This document shows positions 28,070 through 37,701 of a stretch of 64,000 nt of DNA, piece by piece. The translations under genes were made by a program, and so were the position numbers. The stretch is taken from NCBI GenBank assembly GCA_965212125.1, contig OZ243045.1, forward strand, positions 1,909,521 through 1,973,520. The letters run 5' to 3'. The notes under the pieces were generated by a model. That model ran no database searches, had not been told where the DNA came from, and saw only the letters and a program-made list of their open reading frames with translations. Within the stretch, counting starts at the first letter, position 1. Each line of letters begins with the position of its first letter. The stretch is from Candidatus Poriferisodalaceae bacterium. Lineage in GTDB: Bacteria > Actinomycetota > Acidimicrobiia > Acidimicrobiales > Poriferisodalaceae.

Positions 28070-29137
28070 TTGCTGGCCGTGGGAATACGGCCGGCGGTGG
28101 TTCCAGTGGTGGCCGTGCTGCTGGGCTTGGCGATCTCCGCGGTGCTGATCACCCTGCAAGGCAACTCGGTGGGAGTCGCATACAAGGCGCTGGTGCAAGG
28201 TGGTCTGGGCGATTCCGATGCCGTCTTGCGCACGCTGGAAAAAGCCACGCCGCTCATCTTTGGTGGCCTGGCGGTGGCGTTTGCTTTCAAGGCGGGACTA
28301 TTCAACATCGGCGGGCAGGGCCAGCTACTAGTCGGCGCGGCGTTTGCTGGCTGGGCTGGCTTCGGCATTACCGGTTTGCCAACTTTTATTCACCTGCCGC
28401 TGGCGATAGTTATCGGATCGTTGGCGGGTGCGGCCTGGGGCGGTATCGCCGGTGTTCTCAAGGCGGGCACCGGCGCGCATGAGGTGATCGTCACAATCAT
28501 GCTCAATTTCGTTGCTGGCAATCTCACGGATTGGCTGGCATCGGGTCCGTGGCAAGACGACACTCCGGGCAACATCGTCGCCCACACGTCACCGGTGGCG
28601 GACACCGCGATCGTGCCGACCTGGGGTGCGCTGCCGGTTGGATTTTTGCTAGCGGTGATAGCGGCGATCGCATGCTGGGCTCTGCTAGAGCGCACCACCT
28701 ACGGATTTCAGGTGCGCAGCGTGGGTGCCAACCGCCAAGCCGCCCGCTACGCGGGAATCTCTGTCGGGGTAATCTTGGCTTCGGCCATGGCGGTGGCGGG
28801 ACTGCTGGCCGGAATGGGCGGCGCGATGGAAACGCTGGGCGTGGATGGCAGATTTACCGCCGGCGTCAACGTCGGTTTGGGGTTCCAGGGCATAACCATT
28901 GCCTTGCTGGCGCGGGCGAATCCGATCGGCGTCATCCCGGCTGGTCTGCTGGTGGGCGTGATGGAAGCCGGTGCCGCAAAGATGCAGTTTGAGTCTGGCG
29001 TGCCGCCCGAAATCATTGACGTGATGCAGGCACTGATCTTGTTTTTCGTGGCGGCGCCGTTGGTCATCCGCTGGGTGCTGCGCATGCGCGAGCCCGACCA
29101 ACGACTGCGCCTAGGTGCAGGCTGGGGCGCTAACTAA
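28070..29137 (+). CDS. ABC transporter permease
   Basis: 355-aa polytopic protein in an operon with the BMP-family binding protein. TTG start per the ORF track. Confidence 0.85.
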   Translation: MLAVGIRPAVVPVVAVLLGLAISAVLITLQGNSVGVAYKALVQGGLGDSDAVLRTLEKATPLIFGGLAVAFAFKAGLFNIGGQGQLLVGAAFAGWAGFGITGLPTFIHLPLAIVIGSLAGAAWGGIAGVLKAGTGAHEVIVTIMLNFVAGNLTDWLASGPWQDDTPGNIVAHTSPVADTAIVPTWGALPVGFLLAVIAAIACWALLERTTYGFQVRSVGANRQAARYAGISVGVILASAMAVAGLLAGMGGAMETLGVDGRFTAGVNVGLGFQGITIALLARANPIGVIPAGLLVGVMEAGAAKMQFESGVPPEIIDVMQALILFFVAAPLVIRWVLRMREPDQRLRLGAGWGAN

Positions 29138-29175
29138 TGCGCGGCGGATCTAATGAGTAGGGGCGGATCTAACTA

Positions 29176-30177
29176 ATGCTTACCGGACTAAGCATGCGAG
29201 CGCGCTGGATGATTTTCGCTGGCGTGGCCGTGGTGATGGTTACCTGGGGCTTCTATATCTACGAAGGTGCGCAAACCACAGCGGTGGTTTCGGGCACCAT
29301 TCGCTCGGCCACCCTGCTGGTGCTGGGTGCTATGTGCGGCATGATCGGCGAGCGGTCGGGCGTGGTGAACATAGGCATTGAGGGGCAGTTCCTAATGGCC
29401 GCCTTCGTGTCGTTCACGGTCGCCTCCGTCACCGGCTCTTTAGAGCTTGGGGTTATTGCCGGGGTGGGCATGGGCTTGGCGATGGGCTGGATGTTGGCTG
29501 CGATGTCCGTCGGGCTGCGGGTCGATCAGATCATCGCCGGCACGGTTTTGAATATTGCCGCCCTCGGGCTTACTTCGTTTTTGTACGACCGCAGCCGATC
29601 GCTGGGCATTCCCAAATACGCGCCAATAGACATGGGGCCGCTGAGCGATCTGCCGCTGGTGGGCACGGCTTTCTTTAGCCGCCCGCCGCTCACCTACATC
29701 ACACTTTTGTTGGTGGTGGTTGTGCATGTGGCGCTGTTCAAAACCGTGTGGGGCATGCGCACGACCGCCATTGGCGAGCACCCGGGCGCAGCCGCCACCG
29801 TTGGCATAAGCGTGACCAAGATGCGCTACCTAAACGTGACCCTGGCAGGCGGAATAGCCGGATTTGGCGGCGCCTACCTGGCGTTAGAAGCGGTCGGCAC
29901 CTTTAGTCGGGCAATGACCGGTGGGCGTGGCTTCCTGGCGTTGGCGGTGATGATTTTCGGGCGCCGCTCGCCATTTGGCGCCTATGCGGCCGCCCTGGTG
30001 TTCGGGTTTACGACCGCGCTGCAAAACCAGTTCCAGCTCAACGGCACGCTGGACATTCCGCCACAATTTGTGGGGATGATGCCGTTCATTTTGACCATAG
30101 CAGTGGTGGCGATCAGCGGCCTGTTCGGAAGCACGCGTGACCCGGCTGCGCTCGGGCAGACATATGAGAAGGGCTAG
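29176..30177 (+). CDS. ABC transporter permease
   Basis: 333-aa polytopic protein, the second permease of the operon. Confidence 0.85.
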   Translation: MLTGLSMRARWMIFAGVAVVMVTWGFYIYEGAQTTAVVSGTIRSATLLVLGAMCGMIGERSGVVNIGIEGQFLMAAFVSFTVASVTGSLELGVIAGVGMGLAMGWMLAAMSVGLRVDQIIAGTVLNIAALGLTSFLYDRSRSLGIPKYAPIDMGPLSDLPLVGTAFFSRPPLTYITLLLVVVVHVALFKTVWGMRTTAIGEHPGAAATVGISVTKMRYLNVTLAGGIAGFGGAYLALEAVGTFSRAMTGGRGFLALAVMIFGRRSPFGAYAAALVFGFTTALQNQFQLNGTLDIPPQFVGMMPFILTIAVVAISGLFGSTRDPAALGQTYEKG

Positions 30178-30186
30178 GTCGCGCAC

Positions 30187-31836
30187 GTGAGCGAGACCGC
30201 GGCCCTGCCACCCCCGCCGACTTACACGACTGCGCTAGGGGCGCGCGGCGTTACCAAACGCTTCGGCGATCTGGTCGCAAACGACGACGTGTCGGTTGAG
30301 ATTGCTCCCGGCAAGGTGCTGGCGTTGCTGGGTGAGAACGGCGCTGGCAAAAGCACGCTTGTGAACATCTTGTTCGGGTTGTACCGACCCGACGAGGGCG
30401 AGGTGGTAATCGCCGATGAGGTGGTGCGACTAGCCAGCCCCAGCGACGCCATCTCGCGCGGCGTGGGCATGGTGCATCAGCACTTCCAACTGGTGCCGCC
30501 CATGAACGTTGTGCGCAACATCGTGCTAGGTGCCGAACCACACCGCGCCGGGATGATGCAACTCGGCACCGCCCGCGAAGAGGTGCTAGCCCTGCAAGAA
30601 AAGTTTGGGCTAGAGGTTGACCCCGACGCCAACGTTGAGGAGCTTCCGGTCGGAGCGCAACAGCGAGTCGAAATCCTCAAGGCGCTCTACCGCGACGCAC
30701 GGGTGTTGATCTTGGACGAACCGACTGCGGTGTTGACGCCGCAGGAGACGGAGCATTTGCTAAGCGTGCTGGCCGGGCTGGTAAAGAACGGAATGAGCGT
30801 GGTGTTCATCACGCACAAGTTGCGCGAGGCGCTGTCGGTGGCAGACGACATCATGGTGATGCGCGGCGGACGAGTGGTGGGCCGGACTACTCCGGCTGAA
30901 ACCAGCGAAGCGGCGTTGGCCGAGATGATGGTTGGGCGCAGTGTTTTGTTGCGCGTTCAGTCTGGCGAGGCGAACCCGACCGATGAGGTGTTGCGTATTA
31001 CCAACTTGAGCGTGGACAACGATCTGCGTCATGAAGCCGTGAAAGATGTGAGCTTGTCGGTGCGGGCGGGCGAGATCGTTGGCATCGCGGGGGTGGAAGG
31101 AAACGGCCAACGTGAACTGGTGGAGGCGGTGACCGGTCTGCGGCGGATCAACAGCGGTGAGGTGCAGCTAGGCAATGCCACGCTGACGGGTGCGACCCCG
31201 CGCCGAATTGCGAATGCCGGAGTTGGGCACGTGCCGGAGGACCGCCAAAAGCACGGTCTGATTGGTAGTTATTCCGTGGCTGAAAACTCCGTGCTCAACT
31301 GTTATCACCGCGCACCGTTTTCTTGGGCTGGCGTGATGCGCCACGATCAAATTTCGGAGCATGCGGGTCAGGTGGTTGGTGAGTTTGACGTGCGGACGGT
31401 GTCGCTAGGCGCGCTCACCGATCAACTTTCCGGTGGCAATCAGCAGAAATTAGTGGTGGGGCGAGAGTTCAGCCGCGAGGCCAGTCGCAAAGGTGGCGGC
31501 GAGCCCGGTAGGAAATCTGGTGATAAGTCTGGTCGCAAATCTGACGAAAGTGTGAATCTGCTGGTGATTGCGCAGCCGACACGCGGCGTGGACATAGGCG
31601 CGATTGAGTTCATCCATAGCCAAATAATCGAGCAGCGTGACGCCGGAGCGGCGGTGTTGCTGGTGTCGGCCGAGCTTGATGAAGTGATGGGTTTGTCTGA
31701 CCGCATCATCGTGCTTTATGAGGGGCGGGCGGTGGCCGACCTTGACGGCAAAACCGCTAACCGCGAAGAGATCGGCCTGCTGATGGCGGGCGCCAGCGCG
31801 GCCGAGCCCAGCCCTGCTGGCGCTAGTGCGGAATAG
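30187..31836 (+). CDS. ABC transporter ATP-binding protein (duplicated NBD)
   Basis: Two NBDs. The first has GENGAGKST Walker A, and the second has LSGGNQQK and QPTRGVDIG. The second NBD carries a K/G/S-rich insertion. Confidence 0.9.
   Translation: MSETAALPPPPTYTTALGARGVTKRFGDLVANDDVSVEIAPGKVLALLGENGAGKSTLVNILFGLYRPDEGEVVIADEVVRLASPSDAISRGVGMVHQHFQLVPPMNVVRNIVLGAEPHRAGMMQLGTAREEVLALQEKFGLEVDPDANVEELPVGAQQRVEILKALYRDARVLILDEPTAVLTPQETEHLLSVLAGLVKNGMSVVFITHKLREALSVADDIMVMRGGRVVGRTTPAETSEAALAEMMVGRSVLLRVQSGEANPTDEVLRITNLSVDNDLRHEAVKDVSLSVRAGEIVGIAGVEGNGQRELVEAVTGLRRINSGEVQLGNATLTGATPRRIANAGVGHVPEDRQKHGLIGSYSVAENSVLNCYHRAPFSWAGVMRHDQISEHAGQVVGEFDVRTVSLGALTDQLSGGNQQKLVVGREFSREASRKGGGEPGRKSGDKSGRKSDESVNLLVIAQPTRGVDIGAIEFIHSQIIEQRDAGAAVLLVSAELDEVMGLSDRIIVLYEGRAVADLDGKTANREEIGLLMAGASAAEPSPAGASAE
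31507..31542. repeat. 12-nt x3 in-frame tandem repeat in the ABC ATPase
   Basis: ggtaggaaatct / ggtgataagtct / ggtcgcaaatct, encoding [12 protein letters not shown]. Confidence 0.9.
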
Positions 31837-31852
31837 CTAGCGCGGCCTAGCC

Positions 31853-33967
31853 CTAAATAACCCGGTCGCTGCCGCCGTCAATCGGAATTTGCGCGCCAGT
31901 GGTTGCCGCGAAGGCCGGGCTGCATAGCTGGGCGATGAGTTGGCCCACATCGGCCGAAGTTATTTCACGGCTCAGCAGGTTGCGTTTGCGATATTGCTCA
32001 GCGGTCATGTCGTAGCTGCTTGCGCGCTGCTCAACAAGGTCGTCGTCCCAAAGCCCGGTGTCAAAAACCGCATCTGGGTGAATGGTGTTGACGGTGATGT
32101 TGTCGGCTGCCCATTCCAGCGCGGCTACTCGCCCAAGTTGCGTAACGCCTGCTTTGGAAGCGGAGTAGGCGCCAGCTTGCGTGCCGGGAGCCGGGACATT
32201 TTTTGAGCCCACCAAAACGACACGCCCACCAGCGGGTGATAGACGCAGGTACTGGTGAGCGTGTTTCAAGGTGTTGGCTACCGAACTGAGGTTGATGTCC
32301 AGCGTGCGCTGCCACTGCTCTAGATCGAGTTCGGAAACTGGTGCGGCGGGACCAAATATCCCCGCCGCCAGCACAACAATGTCAATGCCGCCGAAGGCTT
32401 CGACCGCGCCGACATACGCGGCGGCGAGCGCGTCTGGGTCGGTTACGTCTGCGGGCAATCCGAGCCAGTTGCGATGATCAAATGTCGTGGCGACGTCGGG
32501 GTTGATGTCGATGCCAGCCACCGCTGCCCCTTGATTGGCCAAAGCGTTTGCGGCGGCTTTGCCAATGCCAGACGCCGCGCCGGTTACCAGCGCCACCTGA
32601 CCGGTGAGGTCGGCGCTTCCGCCGCTGGCGGTGTTGCCGAGCCGCAGCTTGGCTTGCTCCAGCTCCCAATACTCCACGTCAAACAGATGTGATTCAGCCA
32701 GCGCGACGTAAGTGTCAAGTGCCTCGGAGTCGTCGATCACAGCGATGGTGTGCTGGTAGATGTCGGATGCGATCTTGCAGTCCGCTATGGATTTTCCTGC
32801 GCTAAGCAATCCCAGATCGCTATCAAGCACCACCCGTGGGGCCGGGTCAAGCATCGTTAGGTCGGTGTGGCGTGAATGGTTGCGCTCAAAATATTTCTTG
32901 TAGTCGCTGGCGAACGCTGCGACGTCGGTGGCGATTTCGCCGGCTGGCTCGCTGGCTGATTTGGTGGTTGATTTGCTGGCGGGCTGGTTGCGAACGCGAA
33001 CCAACGGAAACTGCTTGGTGCGGATTATGTGGTCGGGTGTGGCCGGGCCGCGTGTCGCCAACGATTTCACGTCGTCTCGCTGACAAAACTCAAGCGCGGC
33101 CGCACCCGCACTGCCGCCCAAGCGACTCAACAGCAACGGCCGGTCAGCCGTTATTGATATCTGTTGGCGTAGCTGCGCCATCGCCAGCGCTTGGTCCGGA
33201 GTTATTTCTGGGCTTGGCCCGGCAGCGGCATTTGCAGTGGCGCTTGCAACGGCTTGCCCATCGTGTCCAGCGTGATTGCCGGCGCCGTGCTTTGCCAGGT
33301 ATTGCTCCGCCTCGGTAATCAGCCGAATCATTGAGTCGTAAGCCTCACGCGTGGTTTCGGCAAACGTGAAAATCCCGTGATTCATCAGCACCATCGCTTC
33401 GGTGCCGCTGTGAGATTGCTTGGGAAACTCCTCGGCGCACACTTTGGCGAGGTCAAATCCGGGCATCACATAGTCAATGACCACCGCCCGCTTTCCCCAC
33501 ACCTGCTCAATGTGCTTGTAGCCGTCGGGGGTGTTGGTCAGCGACAAGACCGCATCGGCGTGCGTGTGCAACACAGATTTGTGCGGCAGGCAGGCGTGCA
33601 AAATCGCCTCGACCGATGGGTTTGGCGCGCTGGCGTTGGTCAGATTTATGCGCAGCTGGTTGACCATCTCGGTGTCGCTAAGTGCGGACAGCGTGGCAAG
33701 GCGACGCACCGGTTCCAGCCGCAGCGGCGCAAACCCGGGCGGCTCGATGGATGCCAGATCCCAGCCGCTGCCTTTCACATAGAGCAGCTCAACCGGCTCG
33801 CCGTGTGCGTCGCGCCCACTGCTTTTGATGGACGTGTTGCCGCCGCCGTGCAGCACCAGAGCTGGGTCGGATCCGACCAGCCGAGAGCCGTAGGTGATCT
33901 CGCCTAGGTCGCCGCCATATTTGGTGCTGTAGTCGGCTGCTTCGGTTTCATTCCAGAGGTTCTGCAT
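31853..33967 (-). CDS. bifunctional class II aldolase/adducin-domain protein fused to short-chain dehydrogenase
   Basis: 704 aa. The N-terminal class II aldolase region contains LVLHGGGNTS and HTHADAV. The C-terminal SDR has TGAASGIGKA and YSASKAG. Confidence 0.85.
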   Translation of the reverse strand: MQNLWNETEAADYSTKYGGDLGEITYGSRLVGSDPALVLHGGGNTSIKSSGRDAHGEPVELLYVKGSGWDLASIEPPGFAPLRLEPVRRLATLSALSDTEMVNQLRINLTNASAPNPSVEAILHACLPHKSVLHTHADAVLSLTNTPDGYKHIEQVWGKRAVVIDYVMPGFDLAKVCAEEFPKQSHSGTEAMVLMNHGIFTFAETTREAYDSMIRLITEAEQYLAKHGAGNHAGHDGQAVASATANAAAGPSPEITPDQALAMAQLRQQISITADRPLLLSRLGGSAGAAALEFCQRDDVKSLATRGPATPDHIIRTKQFPLVRVRNQPASKSTTKSASEPAGEIATDVAAFASDYKKYFERNHSRHTDLTMLDPAPRVVLDSDLGLLSAGKSIADCKIASDIYQHTIAVIDDSEALDTYVALAESHLFDVEYWELEQAKLRLGNTASGGSADLTGQVALVTGAASGIGKAAANALANQGAAVAGIDINPDVATTFDHRNWLGLPADVTDPDALAAAYVGAVEAFGGIDIVVLAAGIFGPAAPVSELDLEQWQRTLDINLSSVANTLKHAHQYLRLSPAGGRVVLVGSKNVPAPGTQAGAYSASKAGVTQLGRVAALEWAADNITVNTIHPDAVFDTGLWDDDLVEQRASSYDMTAEQYRKRNLLSREITSADVGQLIAQLCSPAFAATTGAQIPIDGGSDRVI

Positions 33968-33982
33968 GATTAGTTGCGTGCG

Positions 33983-35113
33983 TTATGGGTTGCTATGGGT
34001 GGTTGGCACTGGCCGATAACGGCTGGCGCTCTCAGATACGGCTTCAAGAATCGGCTGCTCATAAGGCGGCTCCAGCACACCCATTTCGGTGATGATCGCG
34101 GTGATTAGCCGAGCGGGTGTTACGTCAAAGGCCGGATTTGAGGCACCGACGTTGGCGGGAGTCAGCCGGTCGCCGCCGTGGGCGTGGTGAACCTCGGCTA
34201 GGTCGCGCTGCTCTATGTGGATGTCTTCGCCGCTGGCGATTGATGGGTCCAGCGTGCTGGTGGGCGCAGCAACATAGAACGGGATTTGCGCCTCGTGCGC
34301 CGCCAGTGCGTGCGGCAGGGTGCCGATTTTGTTGGCGGTGTCGCCGTTGCGAGCGATGCGGTCTGCGCCAACCACGAAGGCCTGAACGTTGCCCGCCAAA
34401 ATCAACGATGCCATTGCGCCGTCCGGCACGACCGTTACTTCAATGCCAGCGTCGGCTAGCTCCCAGGCGGTGAGGCGCGCACCTTGCAACAACGGACGTG
34501 TTTCGGACGCGTAAACGGAGATCGGTTCGCCCGCGCTGGCCTTGGTGTAGATCGGCGCAAGGGCGGTGCCGATGCCAGCGGTGGCGAGCCGTCCGGCGTT
34601 GCAGTGGGTTCCGACCGTTGTTGCGTCGTTCAGCAGATCGCGCCCTAGTCGGCCGATTTCTGCGCAAGCCGCTGCGTCTTCATCGGCGATGGCCAGTGCT
34701 TCGGCCAGCATCGCCGCGCGGATGTTGGCGATGCCGGAGTCCGCGTCTGCTGCGTCTGCGGTATTGCTCGCGCTGTTGGCGATGGCGGAGCCCTTGCCGA
34801 CGGTGCGGTTGACGGCCCAGGCAAGATTCACCGCAGTTGGGCGAGCGTTGCCGATGCGATCTCGCAGCGTTTCCAAAACCTGCTGGGCTTGCGCCAAATC
34901 TTTAGGCGCCGCTTCGTCCAGCCCGACCACAATCGCTAAGGCACCAAACGCTCCCAAGGCTGGTGCCCCACGAATGGCGAGGCGCTTGATGGCATCTACC
35001 GCTTCGTCAGTGCTGCGAATTTCAAGTTGCACGAGTTCGGCGGGCAGGCGTGTTTGGTCAATGATCTCAATCGATTCACCGGTCCAGCGGAACGGTTTTG
35101 TGGGTGATTTCAA
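33983..35113 (-). CDS. mtnA: S-methyl-5-thioribose-1-phosphate isomerase
   Basis: eIF-2B alpha/beta/delta family. IEIIDQTRLP, IRGAPALGA, THCNAG and VGADRIARNGDTANKIGT blocks. Confidence 0.85.
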   Translation of the reverse strand: MKSPTKPFRWTGESIEIIDQTRLPAELVQLEIRSTDEAVDAIKRLAIRGAPALGAFGALAIVVGLDEAAPKDLAQAQQVLETLRDRIGNARPTAVNLAWAVNRTVGKGSAIANSASNTADAADADSGIANIRAAMLAEALAIADEDAAACAEIGRLGRDLLNDATTVGTHCNAGRLATAGIGTALAPIYTKASAGEPISVYASETRPLLQGARLTAWELADAGIEVTVVPDGAMASLILAGNVQAFVVGADRIARNGDTANKIGTLPHALAAHEAQIPFYVAAPTSTLDPSIASGEDIHIEQRDLAEVHHAHGGDRLTPANVGASNPAFDVTPARLITAIITEMGVLEPPYEQPILEAVSESASRYRPVPTTHSNP

Positions 35114-35218
35114 TTGCTTCGCCTGCTGCTTGAACTTGCCATTTTGGCACTACAGCATGCCCGCAAACTATGGCGGTGCCAGCGTTGGCAGCCAGCCGAG
35201 CTAGCTAGTGTCGGGGCT

Positions 35219-36352
35219 ATGCCAGAACTAGTGGCTTTGGCGCTGAATGGCGGCTCGCACTTTGTTGATGAGTTGCGGCGCGCATGGGATGAGGGCAATG
35301 CCGTCATGCCGATTGATCAACGCTTGCCGGATATCGCACAGCAGCAGTTGGTGGCAAACATGGGGGCGGCTGCGGTTGTGGATGAGACCGGCCGCCATCG
35401 TTGCTCTGATTCTTGGCCGGTTGAAGTTGGCGATGCGTTGGTGATGGCAACTAGCGGCAGCACCGGTGAGCCGAAAGGTGTGGTGCTGACGCATGCCGCA
35501 ATCACGGCCAGCGCTAAAGCCAGCAATGCTTTTTTGGAGACGCAGCCGACGGATTGCTGGCTGGCTTGTTTGCCCCTTGCTCATGTTGGCGGTTTGGCGG
35601 TGGTGGTGCGCGCATTGCAAGCCGACCTGTCTCTTGAGGTCCATGACGGGTTTGACGCGCAAGCGGTGACAAAGGCCGCTGCGGGTGGCACCACGCTGAC
35701 GTCTTTGGTGCCAACAGCTTTGGCTCGTATCAACCCGGCGATATTTCGGGCGATTCTTGTGGGCGGATCGGCTATGCCAGCCGACCTGCCAGCCAACGCG
35801 ATCGCTACCTACGGCATGACCGAAACCTTCAGCGGAGTTGTGTATGACGGCTGGCCGCTGGATGGTGTTGAGGTGCGGGTGCTAGATGGGCAGATTCAGT
35901 TGCGCGGTGAAATGTTGCTGCGCTGCTACCGCGGTGTGGTGAGCCCAGCCGATTCGAACTCAACCGAGCTAAGCCCGCTTGACGCGCACGGGTGGTTTTC
36001 CACTGGCGACAACGGCGAGGTGTCGCCTGCAGGCAAGCTCAGCGTGTTCGGTCGCCGCGACGAGATGATCATCACCGGCGGGCAGAACGTCTGGCCCGTA
36101 GCGGTGGAGCGATCGCTAGCTACAGCTAGCGGTGTCAGCGAATGCGCAGTGGTGGGGCGTCCGCATCCTGAATGGGGTCAGATAGTGGTCGCATTGGTGG
36201 TTTCGAGCGATGCCACGCAACCGCCGCGCCTTGATGCGCTACGCGAACACGTCAAGCAGACCTTGCCGTCTTATTGCGCGCCGCGTGAGCTTGAGCTTGT
36301 GAGTGAGTTTCCGCGCACAGCCTTAGGCAAGATTTTGCGCCATCAGCTATAG
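35219..36352 (+). CDS. menE: o-succinylbenzoate--CoA ligase
   Basis: AMP-binding motif TSGSTGEPKGVVLTH, YGMTET, and location in the men cluster. I trimmed the start to ATG 35219. Confidence 0.75.
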   Translation: MPELVALALNGGSHFVDELRRAWDEGNAVMPIDQRLPDIAQQQLVANMGAAAVVDETGRHRCSDSWPVEVGDALVMATSGSTGEPKGVVLTHAAITASAKASNAFLETQPTDCWLACLPLAHVGGLAVVVRALQADLSLEVHDGFDAQAVTKAAAGGTTLTSLVPTALARINPAIFRAILVGGSAMPADLPANAIATYGMTETFSGVVYDGWPLDGVEVRVLDGQIQLRGEMLLRCYRGVVSPADSNSTELSPLDAHGWFSTGDNGEVSPAGKLSVFGRRDEMIITGGQNVWPVAVERSLATASGVSECAVVGRPHPEWGQIVVALVVSSDATQPPRLDALREHVKQTLPSYCAPRELELVSEFPRTALGKILRHQL

Positions 36353-36361
36353 AGCCGTCAG

Positions 36362-37672
36362 CTATAGATCAGCCGGTTCGTCAAGCGCAGCTAGCTCCTC
36401 AGGCTCTTTTAGCCCTGTTAATTCGGGTTTAGTTATTGAATCTGCCCTGGTTTTTATGGTTTGTGGCGAGGTGATTTCCTTTTTTGCGTGTGCGCCAAGC
36501 TCTTTAATTTTTCGGGCACTGGCCACGAAACGACTCTCAAGTGATCCAATGGCAGCGTTCTGGGCGTTGACTGCGTTGTTAAGCGCGTGGCTGACTTTAT
36601 TTACGTGCTCGACAAGTATCCCCAGCCGATCATAGAGTTCAGCGGCCTCATCTATTATCTCCTGTGCATTGTTATGTAGGTCATGCTGTTGCCAAGCTGC
36701 CGCGACGGTTTGTAAAAAAGCAATCAACGAACTCGGTGTGACAATAAGTACTTTGTGATCAATCCAGGCTCTTTCCAAAAGCTTCGTATCCCCGTCCAAT
36801 GCCGCGATCAAGAGCGCATCGCTTGGCAAAAACATCACAACAAAATCGGGTGAGCCGTTAACCAAATTTGCGTAATCACGCTCGCTCAGTTCTTTGGCCG
36901 TCCCTAGCACTGACCTTGCATGGGCTGCTAAGTACTCTTGCTGACTATTTTTGTCTTCGGCATCGTGAGCCCGCTTGTAATCCTCAATGATTGCCTTAGA
37001 ATCAATGACTACGTTTGACCCGCCAGGGATATACACAACCACGTCAGGGTCTTTGTGTTTTTTCTTGTTACTCGGTTCAACATTTAGTCGTACTTGCTCG
37101 TTAAAGTCAATGTGTTTACTCATGCCGGCAAACTCAAGGACATTGCGCAGGGTCTGCTCTCCCCACCTACCCCGATCACCCATCGATGAGCCCAGTATTT
37201 GGCGCAACGCTTCTGTTTCACTACTTAGCTTGCCGACCTGGTTGTTTACCCGCTCGTAAGCAGTGATGCGTTTTTCTTCTATATCGCCAACATGGCTTTC
37301 AAACTTCTTAAGCGTTTCGGCGATCGGCTTCAGCAGGCCATCAATCTTTGTGCTGCCGAGGTCGTGTTGTGTAGCAAACTGCTCTTTGGCTTGCTTTAGA
37401 AAAGCCTCCTGATTTGTTTGGGTGATTTCGGCGGCGATGCCCTTGAAGTGAGCGTCAAGGTCGTCACGTGTTTTTTCCATTTCTTCAATGCGTGCCTCAT
37501 GAGCTGCGGTAGCTGCCGCCAGTTCGGTTTCTAGCTGGTCTGTTTTTGCAGTTGCTTCGCGTGCCTTTGTATCTGCCTGATTACGCTGGTTGATGGCACG
37601 GATTAGCAGGACAACGGCAACGATCGCCGCTGCAGAAACAGCAATGATTATGGAGATTAGAACAGGAGTCAT
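36362..37672 (-). CDS. rmuC: DNA recombination protein RmuC
   Basis: N-terminal TM segment, a long coiled coil and a C-terminal RmuC nuclease-like region. GC is about 45-47% by hand count on two lines. Confidence 0.8.
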   Translation of the reverse strand: MTPVLISIIIAVSAAAIVAVVLLIRAINQRNQADTKAREATAKTDQLETELAAATAAHEARIEEMEKTRDDLDAHFKGIAAEITQTNQEAFLKQAKEQFATQHDLGSTKIDGLLKPIAETLKKFESHVGDIEEKRITAYERVNNQVGKLSSETEALRQILGSSMGDRGRWGEQTLRNVLEFAGMSKHIDFNEQVRLNVEPSNKKKHKDPDVVVYIPGGSNVVIDSKAIIEDYKRAHDAEDKNSQQEYLAAHARSVLGTAKELSERDYANLVNGSPDFVVMFLPSDALLIAALDGDTKLLERAWIDHKVLIVTPSSLIAFLQTVAAAWQQHDLHNNAQEIIDEAAELYDRLGILVEHVNKVSHALNNAVNAQNAAIGSLESRFVASARKIKELGAHAKKEITSPQTIKTRADSITKPELTGLKEPEELAALDEPADL

Positions 37673-37701
37673 ATCCGCACACTAGAGAACGGGTGGGACA
37701 T

